A DNA stretch of 57,148 nt, counting the filler, from Sphacelaria rigidula (taxonomy: Eukaryota): NCBI GenBank assembly GCA_964200075.2. It is 4 parts of 4 records of this genome, joined end to end, with 100 filler letters (N's around TTAATTAATTAA, not from the genome) between each part and the next. Parts side by side here need not be neighbours in the genome. Positions count along the whole stretch, not along the records: positions 1 to 14,214 come from CAXNAA020002380.1; positions 14,315 to 28,526 come from CAXNAA020002381.1; 2 more parts are not named here. One strand, given 5' to 3'. The notes beneath the pieces are model-generated. The model saw nothing but the letters and a program-made list of their open reading frames with translations. It did not search any database and was not told the origin of the DNA. Made by a program: the position numbers and the translations under genes. This document shows positions 10,886-22,050 of this stretch, in pieces. Positions within the stretch are counted from its first letter, which is position 1. Each line of letters begins with the position of its first letter.

Positions 10886-13586
10886 TGTCTTCCGAATCAA
10901 CGGCAGTGTGGAGCCATTCTGGTTCGGTCTGTGTTGGATTCTGGTGCCCGTTTCACTAGTCTGCCGGTGCAGATGGTTGAAATGCTGGAGCGACAACTCC
11001 CGGGTGTGCCGCTGCGCATCCCGTTTTCGCTCGGGGCGCGGCAGGCCGTCACCGCGTCAGGTCAGCATGTTTCAGTCACGGAGCGTACTGTTCCGTTGCA
11101 ACTAGCCTTCAAGACTGCGTTGGGGCTGGCGCCGCTGCCTCTGATCTCGTTTGCGATTATGCCAGGGTCGGATGGCGTTGTTCTCCTGGGGCTGCCGACA
11201 CTAGAGGATCTAGGAGTCGACCCGTATGAGAAGTTGAAGGACTCCATCAAGACGCGGATGTCTCCGCCTGGTCCGCACGTGGAGACGCCCGCCGTTTTGG
11301 GCAGTCGTCGCGTGAGCTTGTCGGTGAATGCTTTTCAGGAGGCTGAAGGGCAGGTGACCGAAAAGTGGGGTGCGGCGGTGGAACGCTCGGTAGAGGGCGG
11401 CCCGGAGACGGTAATGATTCCGGCGGAAGAGGAGTCCGCTCGGAAGATCGCGCTGGAGGACAGCGTGACGGATGCTAGGGCGACAGGCCTCAGCATCTCG
11501 CGCCTGCGCGGCATATTGCATTGCCGCGTCAACGCGTTTCGTCGTGCACTGCGGGGTAATCCCCCTGCGCGCGTGGAACCCATGCGTGTTCAGCCAAAAC
11601 CTGGGGCGTCCGCGGTGAAGACGAAGCCGCGGCGGTACGATCCAGTGAAGTCGAGTTGGTTGGCATTGTGTATGGCGGCTCTTTTGGCGCTTGGGTGGGT
11701 GTTACAGAATATGCAGGCGGGGTGGTCCAGTCCGGATAAGGCGTTTCCGAAGAAGGCTGCATCGTGGACGGAGGACAGGCTGCAGGCGTGGGCGGCAGCG
11801 AAGGATCTGGTGGCTCATGCCGTGACGCTGTTCCATCCTCGTCCTGATTGTCAGGTGTTTATGTTTCCGAATGCGTCTGAGTGTCATTGGGGTAGTTCGG
11901 TCATGCAGATGCCTACAGTTGGAATTCAAATGGCTGTGCGCGCTGTGGCTGTGTATGGTCCGTGTGAGCCTGATGACTCGACGCCGTCCAAATCTGTTGC
12001 CCACCAAGCGCAACGAAAAGACCGTAGGGCCGAAGATGCGGATGTGCAATCTTTCGAGTCGGACGTTGGTACTGCTATCTTGGACAATAAACGTCTGTTT
12101 CGTGTGCATGTGCGTGGCCGAAAGGTTTTGTGGATCTCGAGTTCTGACAAGCAGTTGCAGGTACGTCTGATGATTTTCGCGCACATGCGCGACGCCGGGC
12201 ATCGTGGTGTGGCTGCGATGCTCGTGCGCTTGCAAGAGTTTTGTGTCTGGCAGGGGATAGAAACTCATGTGCGCGAATTTGTCCGCCAGTTCAGCGCTGA
12301 CTAGTCAGTAGTCTAGTTGTTTTGTTATCTCTTAAACCATCACAGTCTTCACTATGCTGACTCGAGGGCGGGCGATGTTGTTCCCCGCCCGCTCGGCGAA
12401 ACGGTCCATAGGACCACACCGAATGAAGTCGTTCATTTTGACTTCTTGTATGTGGGCAACAGTGGCCCGCTAGCTTCCCAAGGTTTGTCGAAGGATGCTG
12501 GGTTCCGATACATTGTGGTAATCGTGGATGGTTTGAGTAACTTTGTGGCTCTGGAACCAGTAGCAGTGTGTGCTGCTGAATCGACTGTTGCGTCTGTGCT
12601 GAATTGGTGCAAAACTTTGGGGATGCCCCGTGTGTGGGTGAGTGATAACGCCACGCATTTCAAGAATGCGACCTTGGCCAAATTGCGAGAGGCTTTGCGC
12701 GTTGATTACCAGTTTGTGGTAGCGTATTTCCCGTGGTCTCACGGTACGTGCGAACGCATGGTCAAGGAAGTAGTTCGTGCTCTTCGCTCTATTCTTCTCG
12801 AGCAGCGTAGAGCGGTTTTCGAGCGGGTGGACATGTTGCCGGCGGTGTGCGCTCAATACAGCGTATCGTCGTCGTTACAATAGTACGCCGTACCACGTGA
12901 TGTTTGGTCGTGCCCCTCGGACGTCATTCTCGGTGCTGGCGTCTTCGTCGGCGGGGGAATGGAAGTGTGATGTTTTGGACGATGTTCAAATTAGGAGTGC
13001 ATTGCAAGGAGTCTTGGGCTTGCAAGAACGTTTCCATGTTCAAGTGCAGGAACGTGATGCTGCTGAACGTGCGCGTAGACGTGAGGGGTCCTCGTCGGGG
13101 CTGGAATTGCCGAAATTTGAAGTAGACGACTATATCTTGTATGCACGCGTGCGTCGTGCGGGTGTTACGCCCACGTTGATGGCGGCTTGGACTGGTCCAT
13201 GGAGAGTGGTAGGTGCTCACCACCCGCACGTGTTTGAGATCCAGAACGTTGTTTCGGGTCGTGTTCAGACCGCCCATGTAGCTCGTTTGCATTTTTATGC
13301 AGACTCGCAGCTTAATGTCACGGCTGACCTTAAGGATGTGTTCCAGCATGCTTTCAATCAGGGGCAATTTCAGATGGCTGGTTTAGTCCGAGTGGCAGAA
13401 GCAGATGATCGTTCGTTGATCGTGTTGGTCGACTGGGTTGGTTTCGAAGTTGAGGAGCGCACGTGGGAGCCTTTCAAAGATATTTTTGATGACGCTCCGG
13501 AATTTCTTACGAAAGGGTTGCGTAAATTGCGCGTGACTCGTGCCGTTGCTGCTCGCATCACGAATGAGTTTGGTATTCAATTGTAA
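10886..13586 (+). pseudogene. pol: Disrupted pol: aspartic protease, RT/RNase H stumps, integrase, chromodomain
   Basis: Seen: LDSGA protease site. RT start (WSSP..FPKK) is fused to the RT-end/RNase H start (W....AW...K...FHP...FPNASECHWG). Integrase HHCC (H....GHRG...FVRQ/C) is split by a 54-bp insert; DDE core HFDFL...VSDNATHF...GTCERMVKE; frameshift ~12845; W.GPW motif; chromodomain VLVDWVGFEVEERTWEP. Confidence 0.9.
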
Positions 13587-13660
13587 CTTACTCATCGTTT
13601 TGGCATTCTCTATGTGTCAAGCTTGTTGATTGATTTTCGTCCAACGCGCTTTGGGGGTGC

Positions 13661-13887
13661 TGTGACGAGAATACGCCGTTACGCTGAGTTGGTAGTGATG
13701 ATATGGATAATGACCATTGGTAGTGATGATCTGGAAAATGACCGGGGACACCAGGTTATTGCTATCTGGGTGGGTGCCTTGGAAGGTCACTCCTGGATAA
13801 TGAGAATGTCGTTAAGGCTGACAACTGAAAGTGAGGCCAGTAAGACTGGGGAGTCTTTCAACAGTGCTTCCACTGGCTAGCGTCACA
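13661..13887 (+). repeat. 3' LTR
   Basis: Seen: TGTGACG...CGTCACA terminal inverted repeat with TG...CA ends, homologous to 9009-9256. Confidence 0.92.
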
Positions 13888-14214
13888 GCTCCTATCTTGA
13901 CGTCATTTACGCCGATTTTCTGCACATTTGGGCAAGCATCCGGGTATATCGATTGTTATACCAAGCCAGCACGTACATGTTCTTGTCAGGCTGATGCCGC
14001 GATAGCCTCAGCCAGAAAAGTCGCTGGTTTGAGTGGGCACAGTTTGCATCTATATCAAAAAGACGAAAAAAAGAGCATGCGGAGTAGCTGAGAACTCCCA
14101 CGCTTGCGATCGTTTTCGCCAATGTCGCCCATGTGAGGCGTTTCATGCATTCTGAAACCAGCTATCATGCGCTGTATGGTCATTTTCTTCGCGACAGTTT
14201 TAGGTCTGGTTGGG

Positions 14215-14314
14215 NNNNNNNNNNNNNNNNNNNNNNNNNNNNNNNNNNNNNNNNNNNNTTAATTAATTAANNNNNNNNNNNNNNNNNNNNNNNNNNNNNN
14301 NNNNNNNNNNNNNN
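14215..14314. other. Artificial contig-joining spacer (44 N + TTAATTAATTAA + 44 N)
   Basis: Seen: identical 100-bp spacer occurs three times. TTAATTAATTAA puts stop codons in all six frames. Confidence 0.97.
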
Positions 14315-16599
14315 AGGGGGAGAAGTGGCCAATTGAAAACACATTTTGTTAAAAAAATTTTTATTCCCCCCCCCCCCCCACTCTCCTCCCCCCGGGATGT
14401 TCGCTCACGGTAGATGTGGAAGATCCCCAAGGCTCACTCATTGGGTGCAACTTCTGAATGCCTTTTTAGACGCTGGGTCGTGGTATCCGAACGCGACATA
14501 CAACACCAACATCGATCCCGAGGTAAGAACGAGATCTCTGTTGCATGCAATAACACCCTGCAGACTATGAGTGCTGAAGATCGCACGCATCTGACTACTT
14601 TGCTCGTGGTTCTGTCGAGAGTTGTGGCTTTTGAACGAAATTGAGGGCGTCCAAATTCGTGCTGAACGGACCTGTACAGTGGATCCCTGGCTCCGACGTT
14701 TACTATCTGAAGAGAACAAACAGCTGACAGCTTGTATCCCATCTATCGTTGTTCCATCTCCCACGCATAGGTCGTGAACCATCTGCATCACTCGGGGAGC
14801 CACCCCGTTCGGAGCGGGGTTGCGAGCAGATCTCAACTGACCGGCTCCGAACGCACAGCATCGGTGGAGAACCTGAGGGTAGTCGCCGTGGGCCAAGTCC
14901 CTAGTCCTGCGGTAAATAAGCGGCGACTGCGGTTTTCAGTTACTTGAGGGCGCCAGACGCGACCGCTGTTGGCGCAGTCGTATAGCCCAGGGGGTGGTGG
15001 AGGGACGTGACGACCGGCGGGGTGCTGGGCATAAAAATGCTAAGAGATCGACCGGGCGGGAAAGGCGAAACCTGTGAAGACTCGAGCATGTCGGTGTCGG
15101 GACAAAACGCACGGGAGTTATCGGCATCGAATCGGCGGGCAAGTGTTCTCAAGTAAGTGGATACCATCCCGCGCGCGGGCGGGGGAGCTACAGGCGGGAG
15201 AGCCGTGGAGGTGGGAGATCGAACTCCTTTTTACAACGTGACCAGACTACGTGCCCTGCCCAACTCCGGGAGAGTGACTCCCCCGTATGCTCACGCATCA
15301 ACGTGGAGACGAAAAAATAATACGAGGATTCACCCGGAGGTTAATTAGCGCATGGAGCATGGCCCGAGTAATAGAAGGCTGTATTGCGGCACAGGAGACG
15401 GATAAGGGAAGATCAGCTGAGTGCACTGAACTCTCCCGGGGGAGTACCGACACCCACGTCCCCAGACAACGGAACACAAGGGTCTCCTGCAGGGGTAATC
15501 GGCAGGTTTTTCAACATTATCGCGACACGGTAACGAGCCACCGGGCGCCCCATGTTCCTCGAAACCAACACCTTCGAAACGCGTCCGCATCAAGATCGAA
15601 GCGAAAAAAGGAAAAGGAGGCTAGGCTCTTCCCGGCGCGCCAGGCTTCCCGAACTGGCTTTGGCGAAACAGTCAGCATGTACGGAATTACTTGGCCCGCA
15701 GTACTTCCAAGCGGGTACTACTCAAGAAGAACTATGGATCCTTGATCGTCATGCACGGGACTAGAATACCGCCTGCCCGCTTCACGCCAACGACAGCGGC
15801 CGGAGTTGGAGGGCACGCTAATCGGGAGCGGGAGGGAAGAGCTTCAACGGCAGCGGCCGGCGGGCGCAGGTCTGTCGCGGCTATGGCACTAGGCGTGGGT
15901 GCCGTGAATGAGGGGCTAGACAGACTTGTCCAGAGTTCCTGTGCCGCAGCGGTTACAGGCCGGCGACGTGAAGGGGAAATAGCTGTCGGGGCAGTTGTCG
16001 TGAGCGGTAGGGTGGTGCCAGGTGTCTGAGCGGCGGTGGCGGGATGCGCTGGTGTTGTTGGCTGCGGGATGGGCAGGGCAGCCGGGCAGTCGAAGGTGGC
16101 AATGGTAGGAGTCGAGCCAGAGGGGCGGGGTGGTGGCGGCGGCGGCAGCAGCAGCAGTAGCGGCGACAAGGCACGGGTGTTGTTGTTCACGGGCTGGTAG
16201 TGGCGGCCCGCCGGTCGGTTTGGGTGACGGCGGATGGAGGGGGGGGGGGGAGCCGTGATGCGGCGACTCGGAGGACGCATCTTGCGACTGGGCAAAGCGC
16301 GGGTGTTGACGCCCGTGCGAGATCTTTGGGGGCGACTCCACCGTCGTGTCTTTCTGCAGTGGCAGGCATCTAGAGAGCAGGGACAGCAGTGGCAGGAAAA
16401 GCATACCTGCCAAGTTCGGCGCTCCCTTCTAGTCGTGAGTCGCAACGCCGTCTGTCGTAGTGGGTGTCTTCATGGCAGTGGCCCTGATCAGAGCACTCAC
16501 AGCGGAGCTGGACCCTGCATAGGTTAGGGAGAGATGTCTGCAGTCCGCTTCATTATTCACTCCGGGGGATGGTTTGTGAATCGCTAGAAGTGACTCGTG

Positions 16600-17960
16600 A
16601 CTTCCATCGATACTGATCAGTGGATTGTTGTACGGCTGGCTATGTCCCTCGGGTGCATCACGCCGAAGGACTCAGATGCGGTGCAAGTCACTGTCAAACA
16701 CTCGATCAACGGTGGCGCTCAGTACATACTGGACAAGGTTTACAGCGCAATCGAGAATCTGAGGGACGTGAGCTAGAGGGATTGGCCGCCCGACGGACGG
16801 TATCCTTGACTGATTCAATCTCTGCAGGTGGAACTCTTCATTTTGACCTCCATGTTGACTGCATGCGATTTTCTTCCACATGAATCCGGGATCCCTCTCC
16901 TCAAGATGCGGCAGTATGCTCTGAAGGCCTGCGAACGCCAGATCTGCTTACAGGGCCGATACTGTCATAACGGGTACCCTGAGCGGGGACGTCGATGAGG
17001 TCGCAAAGCTGCTGGCCTCGTTTTACTTGTTATGGTATAAAAAACGCTTTTGCACAAGTCTTCGTGGATCCGGGACTTCAGTTCACGGCTTCCTGGCAGG
17101 ACTTTGGATCTCACGTGAACAAGATCTGAGTGTATATCACCGCAGTACATGAGCACATGCCTTCCCGCTGCTGCCCCGACTTGGATGTCTTCAGGAAGCG
17201 CGTGAGTGAGTCTGTCGGTGTATTCGAATACTAATAGGGAGGGCGGGAACCTTTTGGATAGGGTGCCCACGGTGAGCTTCAACGAGCATGGGTGGGGCAT
17301 TAAGCCGGAAAAAAAGATCCATCACAAGCAAAGTACAAGGTCGACGATGAGATGGTTGACGGAGCTCGCACGCGATGACGTTTTTGTTTACTTACGAAGC
17401 CACACGTACGTTGATAGATGCGGAAACCTGCGAACCCCCAGGAGCTCATGCAAGCCGGCAAAGGCGGGGCAAAGGTGTCGCAGACGCCGAGGGTGCGAGT
17501 GTTTTGGAAAGGAACGCTGAACTGCGGTCGCCAGGGCCACTGCTTCTTGCCCCCGCCTCCTCCGCCAACCACCGGCGCGACTGCCGCTGCTGATAACGGC
17601 GGTGGAAGTAGCGGTAGACGCGGCCGATCCCAGCATGGGGACGGGTCCACGGCGCACCGTCGAAGAGACGACACGAATGGAGCGAGCAACGCATCAAGGG
17701 CAGCTAGTTGTTAATTGGCATCGTGATGAGGAGCCGTGTTGGTTCAAAGGCGGGCGAGTGTTAGTTTGGGGATCAGATCCAGGAGCAGGTCCTGCCAGTT
17801 GCAATCGATGAATCAGACGGGCTCGTCAACCGTGGGTCGAAATATTCTACCGGGATCTGGGTTGGAGTTTCATTCAGGTTCCGAATGCAGCGGGTTGGAG
17901 ATAGAGGACTCGGCATCGGAAGCAGGCAGCCACTACGACGATGACTTTGCGTATTGAAAA
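16600..17960 (+). mobile_element. Highly decayed LTR-retrotransposon gag remnant
   Basis: Seen: VFWKGTLNCGRQGHC (broken CCHC knuckle, ~17500-17545), a Gly-rich linker and a second degenerate H.D.E.C knuckle (~17715-17745). Many stops; boundaries are approximate. Confidence 0.35.
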
Positions 17961-19599
17961 GAGCCTACTGGGGACTCTCGGGGTGTTCTAAATTGTTGAT
18001 AGATTGCATGCATAAATTTGTACTGTTTTAAGGTGTCCTCTCCAGGAGATGGTCGTCAATCGTGCCTCCTAGGCGTAGCGATGGTTTTGCCTACATGGTG
18101 CAATGCGCCCTTTGATGCACAAGGTCATGGGGGATGGGCTGGCGACGACCTCGGGCGAATCGCCGGTTGTGCGTGAGGCTAAATATCAATCTCAACCGAC
18201 AGAGTGTACCGACACAAAGAAACAAATCCGAAGCAAATCCGAAGCAAATCCGAAGCAAATCATGGTATCCAGCTTGACGTTTTGAAGAGCATAAAGTAAA
18301 ACCAAGGCACAGGCATCGACTCTGTTCGTTGGGTAGGTTTCGATCGCGTTTCGACAGCGAGCGAGCTGCCACGAATCATTGGTATGACCAATGTGCCAAA
18401 ATGCTGGGTAAACACGTCGGAGAACGAACGCTCTTGATCGCTCGCTGCTCGATATTCTTCATCTAAACCATCTGCACCCCAACCGTATGGTCGATGTGAC
18501 CATCTGACCTGTGAAATGACAAAATCGGTGATCTTCCCCCAGTATCACCCTTTTGGATACCGAGAGCTTACGGTTTCGCTGACGACCTGAGGAGTCGGCG
18601 GTGAGAATCACGCTTCACGTGCCTCCCTAGCGACAGTGCCATGTACATGTCTGTAGCACTTTCCATGACGATGGGCAAAGTTGATGTTTGCATGTATGAC
18701 TACGGGAGAAGATATCCCCAAGAATAGAAACCACCTGAGCGCGATGCAATTGCCGCTTGCTCATACCGGATACCAACTACGATCTGTTACTCTAGACTTC
18801 TACACCGCATCCCGTACGTTCTAACCCCCCTCACGCAGTTGGGAATGTCTCGACCAACGCAGCTGCTGCAGAGAGAAATCACGTTGGTATGTTTAGCTCA
18901 GACATATGCCCAGTAGTTCTCCAGAAGTTCTGGCAGCGCAAACCCTCGCCGTAAATGAAAATACCGAGGTGAGGTGGAAGCAATTTATGACAAATATTGC
19001 ACTGTTCCCAGGAATGCTTGGTTCAGTCTTGGGCTTGAGCGGTGACTACTACCTAGTTGCACCTGTGAAAGGGTCGGACAAATTGATGATTCGTCTGTCA
19101 ATTACTTGATTTTAGTCTGATTGATTCGTTCCGTACGAAGAAATCCTTAGGCTTTGTTTCCCGCGTCCCAGCCCAGGTACGCGCAGCCCAGGCATGAGGA
19201 ATGGCGCAAAAAATGCGTGGAGACCTTTTTGACCAGCCGTCAATTTTTTTTTCTCTTTTCGAGCAACCAAGCCTGAAAAATCGTGAATTTGGTGATTCGA
19301 ACGGGCGATGACTTGTCCGAACCGTGCACCTGTGTGTAGAGTTTCAGCGAGCTGACATTGGTTCAGTGTCAGTAACATTTGAAGGCGTGTCGGACGACCT
19401 TTCGGGCATGTACAAAAATGAGCATCTGTCGGAGCTGCTACGGGAGAGGTATCCCTCGCTGGTTTCCGCGCTGTACTCCGTAGGATCGAGCAAGACTTCG
19501 TTGGAAACATAGCGTTGGAGACAAACTATTTTATGCATTATCTGGAAAAAAGACGAATTGTTGCACTTTGAACCCCTCCCCTTCCTCGGGGTGAGTCCG

Positions 19600-19838
19600 T
19601 GATCTCAAGGGATCATCCCATCTCTCCCCCAGTATAGGTCTTGCATTTTTGTCTGGCGGATTGGATCATGACCGGCACTCCCGCACCGCGTCAACAGTCG
19701 ACTGCTTTGGTTACTCACGTTCTCGCGCTTTTCACGGTGGAAATCAGGCGTTGCGAAGAAAAAACCCAACACATCGGGAATCGAACCCTCGTTCTCTCCA
19801 CCTTAATGGTAACAGACGGACCGTGACACCACCGGGGC
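19600..19838 (-). mobile_element. tRNA-derived SINE (3' boundary approximate)
   Basis: Seen on the minus strand: GCCCCGGTGGTGTCACGG (A-box-like) ... GAGGGTTCGATTCCC (B box). No complete cloverleaf. Confidence 0.5.
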
Positions 19839-20162
19839 ACTGCAGCCCTGTAACACTATCGTTACTATTTTGTGCTCTGTACACTTATGTGAGTCCGTCG
19901 AGTCCTGTTTACGGGGTGGTGAAGAACGTGGCACTAAGTCACCTGGGACACCGCTGTGCCTCGACAGGCAAATTTTCGGAGGATGGCGAAAATGGTATCC
20001 TCTTGACAGCGGGGCTGAGTAATCCGTTGCATTTTTTGCCAAATGTGACTGCAATAGGTATATGCAAATATATATACTACATATTAACTTTGGATGATAT
20101 GCACTGCTGCGACAGGTTTCACATGATTCCCGAGGATCTTTCGCCCTTTCCAGAATATACTA

Positions 20163-21622
20163 CAGGCTGGTTCACGATGAACACCCCAAATACGTTCATC
20201 GGCAGAGCTTCACGCAGGTTTCTGGAGTTAAGACACTGCAAACTTGCACGCATGCATTTTAGGTCATTGGGAAACTTTCTGAGGGCGTATTGTTTTGGTC
20301 GGTTATCGGAGGTCCCAGCGTTACCCGGGGTTGAGGAGGATTTGGGAAGATCACATGTCGTTTCTGGGACCCCCGATGACTGGTGAAATAATACAAGTTC
20401 CGTTCTCGGAAATTTTCGGAATAACCTGAATCACATGCGTACAAATTTTCAGAATATATCTCCGAGAACCTGCGGAAAGTTTTGCAGAAATGAGAGCATC
20501 TTTTGTGGCCACCAGTCCGTATTTGTACAATTATGAGGATTTCAGCCCGTCTACAGGCGGTTTTCTCCCGTGGATTGATCAGTCGGACCCCAGTCCCTTG
20601 GGCAATATTTTTCGGCACCCGATTTGGGGGAGATACGGGAGTCTCCCAGTCTGAGCAAAACGGTGATAAACCAAAAGTCAACGTCCAGAGAATCGGAGAA
20701 TTGATCTGGTTTCCGCAGAGCCAGCCGAAAAACATTGCCCAACGGACTGGGGTCCGAAAAATCAATCCACGGGAGAAAACCGCGTGTAGACAAGCTGAAA
20801 TTCTCATATTCGTACAAATACGGGTTGGTCGCCATAAAAAATTGTCGGAGCGCTCAAGTGTTTAATAAGAGTAGTACGCCTTCTTCGACATGAGAACGAC
20901 TCTCTCGCATCAGTTTATCGAATTTCGCAACGAAACTTCGCACAAATTCTCCTTCGACTACCCAGGGATGAAGACATGTTTTTTGCTCTGAGGCCTTCCG
21001 TACCGGCTTTGAGGGGTCTCGACGCGTTGACACCCGCAAGCCATTCATAGCGGAGAAACTTGAGAATATCGTTCCACAGTATACACACTTCTTTTTTTTT
21101 TTTTCCATTTTTGGAGCACCACTAACCATCAAACTGCCAATTTTGAGTGCGATCTGTTTTTTTCACGACAGATATAAGGGAAACCATTCTGAGGCTTTCT
21201 GGGTCTGTGCTGTATGTCATCAGTGGAAACCCGACGACGCCAAAACCCCACACCACTGAAGTACGACGGTTTCGGGTGTAATTCGATCCCGTAGGAACTG
21301 TTTGCATATCTGTTTTGTCCCTTAGATTCCCGAGCAGATGGCGGTTACTACGATTCAAAGCCAATGAAGATGCGGCGAAACTTGGGTTGGGACTTCGCGT
21401 ATTTTTAATTTTATAACAATTTAAAGGCTGCTGATTGGTCGAGGCACCTTTTCGCCCCTAGCGCCGCCGCTACGGTTTTGAACAAAAACCCGGCCACGTC
21501 AGCCTCTTCGTTAGTCACATGGCGGTTAGTATGATACCATGTACGCGACTATTGGGGATACACACTGCGAAAGGGATCGGTTGAGTTGAGTCTATTTGGG
21601 GTGTTCACCGTGAACCAGCCTG
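20163..21622. mobile_element. Non-autonomous Tc1/mariner-type element (1460 bp) with TA TSDs
   Basis: Seen: TA|CAGGCTGGTTCACGATGAACACCCCAAATA ... TATTTGGGGTGTTCACCGTGAACCAGCCTG|TA, a 30-bp TIR with one mismatch. Established: TA TSD plus CAG terminus is typical of Tc1/mariner. No transposase ORF. Confidence 0.88.
20501..20839. repeat. Foldback inverted repeat (~116-bp arms, ~107-bp spacer) nested in the Tc1/mariner element
   Basis: Seen: 20501-20616 is the reverse complement of 20724-20839 with scattered mismatches. Confidence 0.88.
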
Positions 21623-22050
21623 TAGCATGGTTGGACCGAGTTGGATCCGATGGAATTTTCAAACAATTGGATATATATCTACTAAAAGACGGAGGGGTGA
21701 AGCATCCGGGGGAGTTGCATGTATCCTAAATGGCGCATCTAGCGTTTGTCGGAGCGTGATACTCTCCAGGCCACCACCTCTGTATGCCCCCCGCTGAGGA
21801 AAATCTGCACCACGACCATGTTGTTACTGTAGGGTTGTTGAATTGCACCTTCGCTACTGTGTTGCAAGTACCCTCTAAGGCATGTTGGATCCTCCTGTAT
21901 CATGTCATGGGCATATTGCAATTGACTCTCCATCACAGGTGCCGAGACCTTGCCGATCTACTCTCTGGAACCCATGCTCCTCTCCGCCCGCTCCTCTTAT
22001 ACGCCTATGATCAAACAATCCCCACCGTACTTCACCTCACGCGTGCACAG

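Larger units (their letters stand above)
9009..13887 (+). mobile_element. Ty3/Gypsy chromovirus-type LTR retrotransposon, decayed, with RT and RNase H largely deleted (4879 bp)
   Basis: Seen: paired LTRs 9009-9256 and 13661-13887; 4-bp TSD GCTC (9005-9008, 13888-13891); G-rich PPT-like tract at ~13653-13659; domain order gag(CCHC)-PR-(RT/RH remnants)-IN-chromodomain. Confidence 0.95.

Noticed and set aside
14259..14270. TTAATTAATTAA as a biological motif or periodic site
   Set aside because: It is embedded in Ns and identical three times, so it is an assembly linker.
14400..16450. Copia protease/pre-integrase remnant on the minus strand (VGDGTTID...)
   Set aside because: Only faint resemblance, with no intact DSG or other diagnostic motif.
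18830..20160. Exon-like segments as upstream exons of the kelch gene
   Set aside because: They have no kelch motifs and contain internal stops; more likely TE-derived pseudogene debris.
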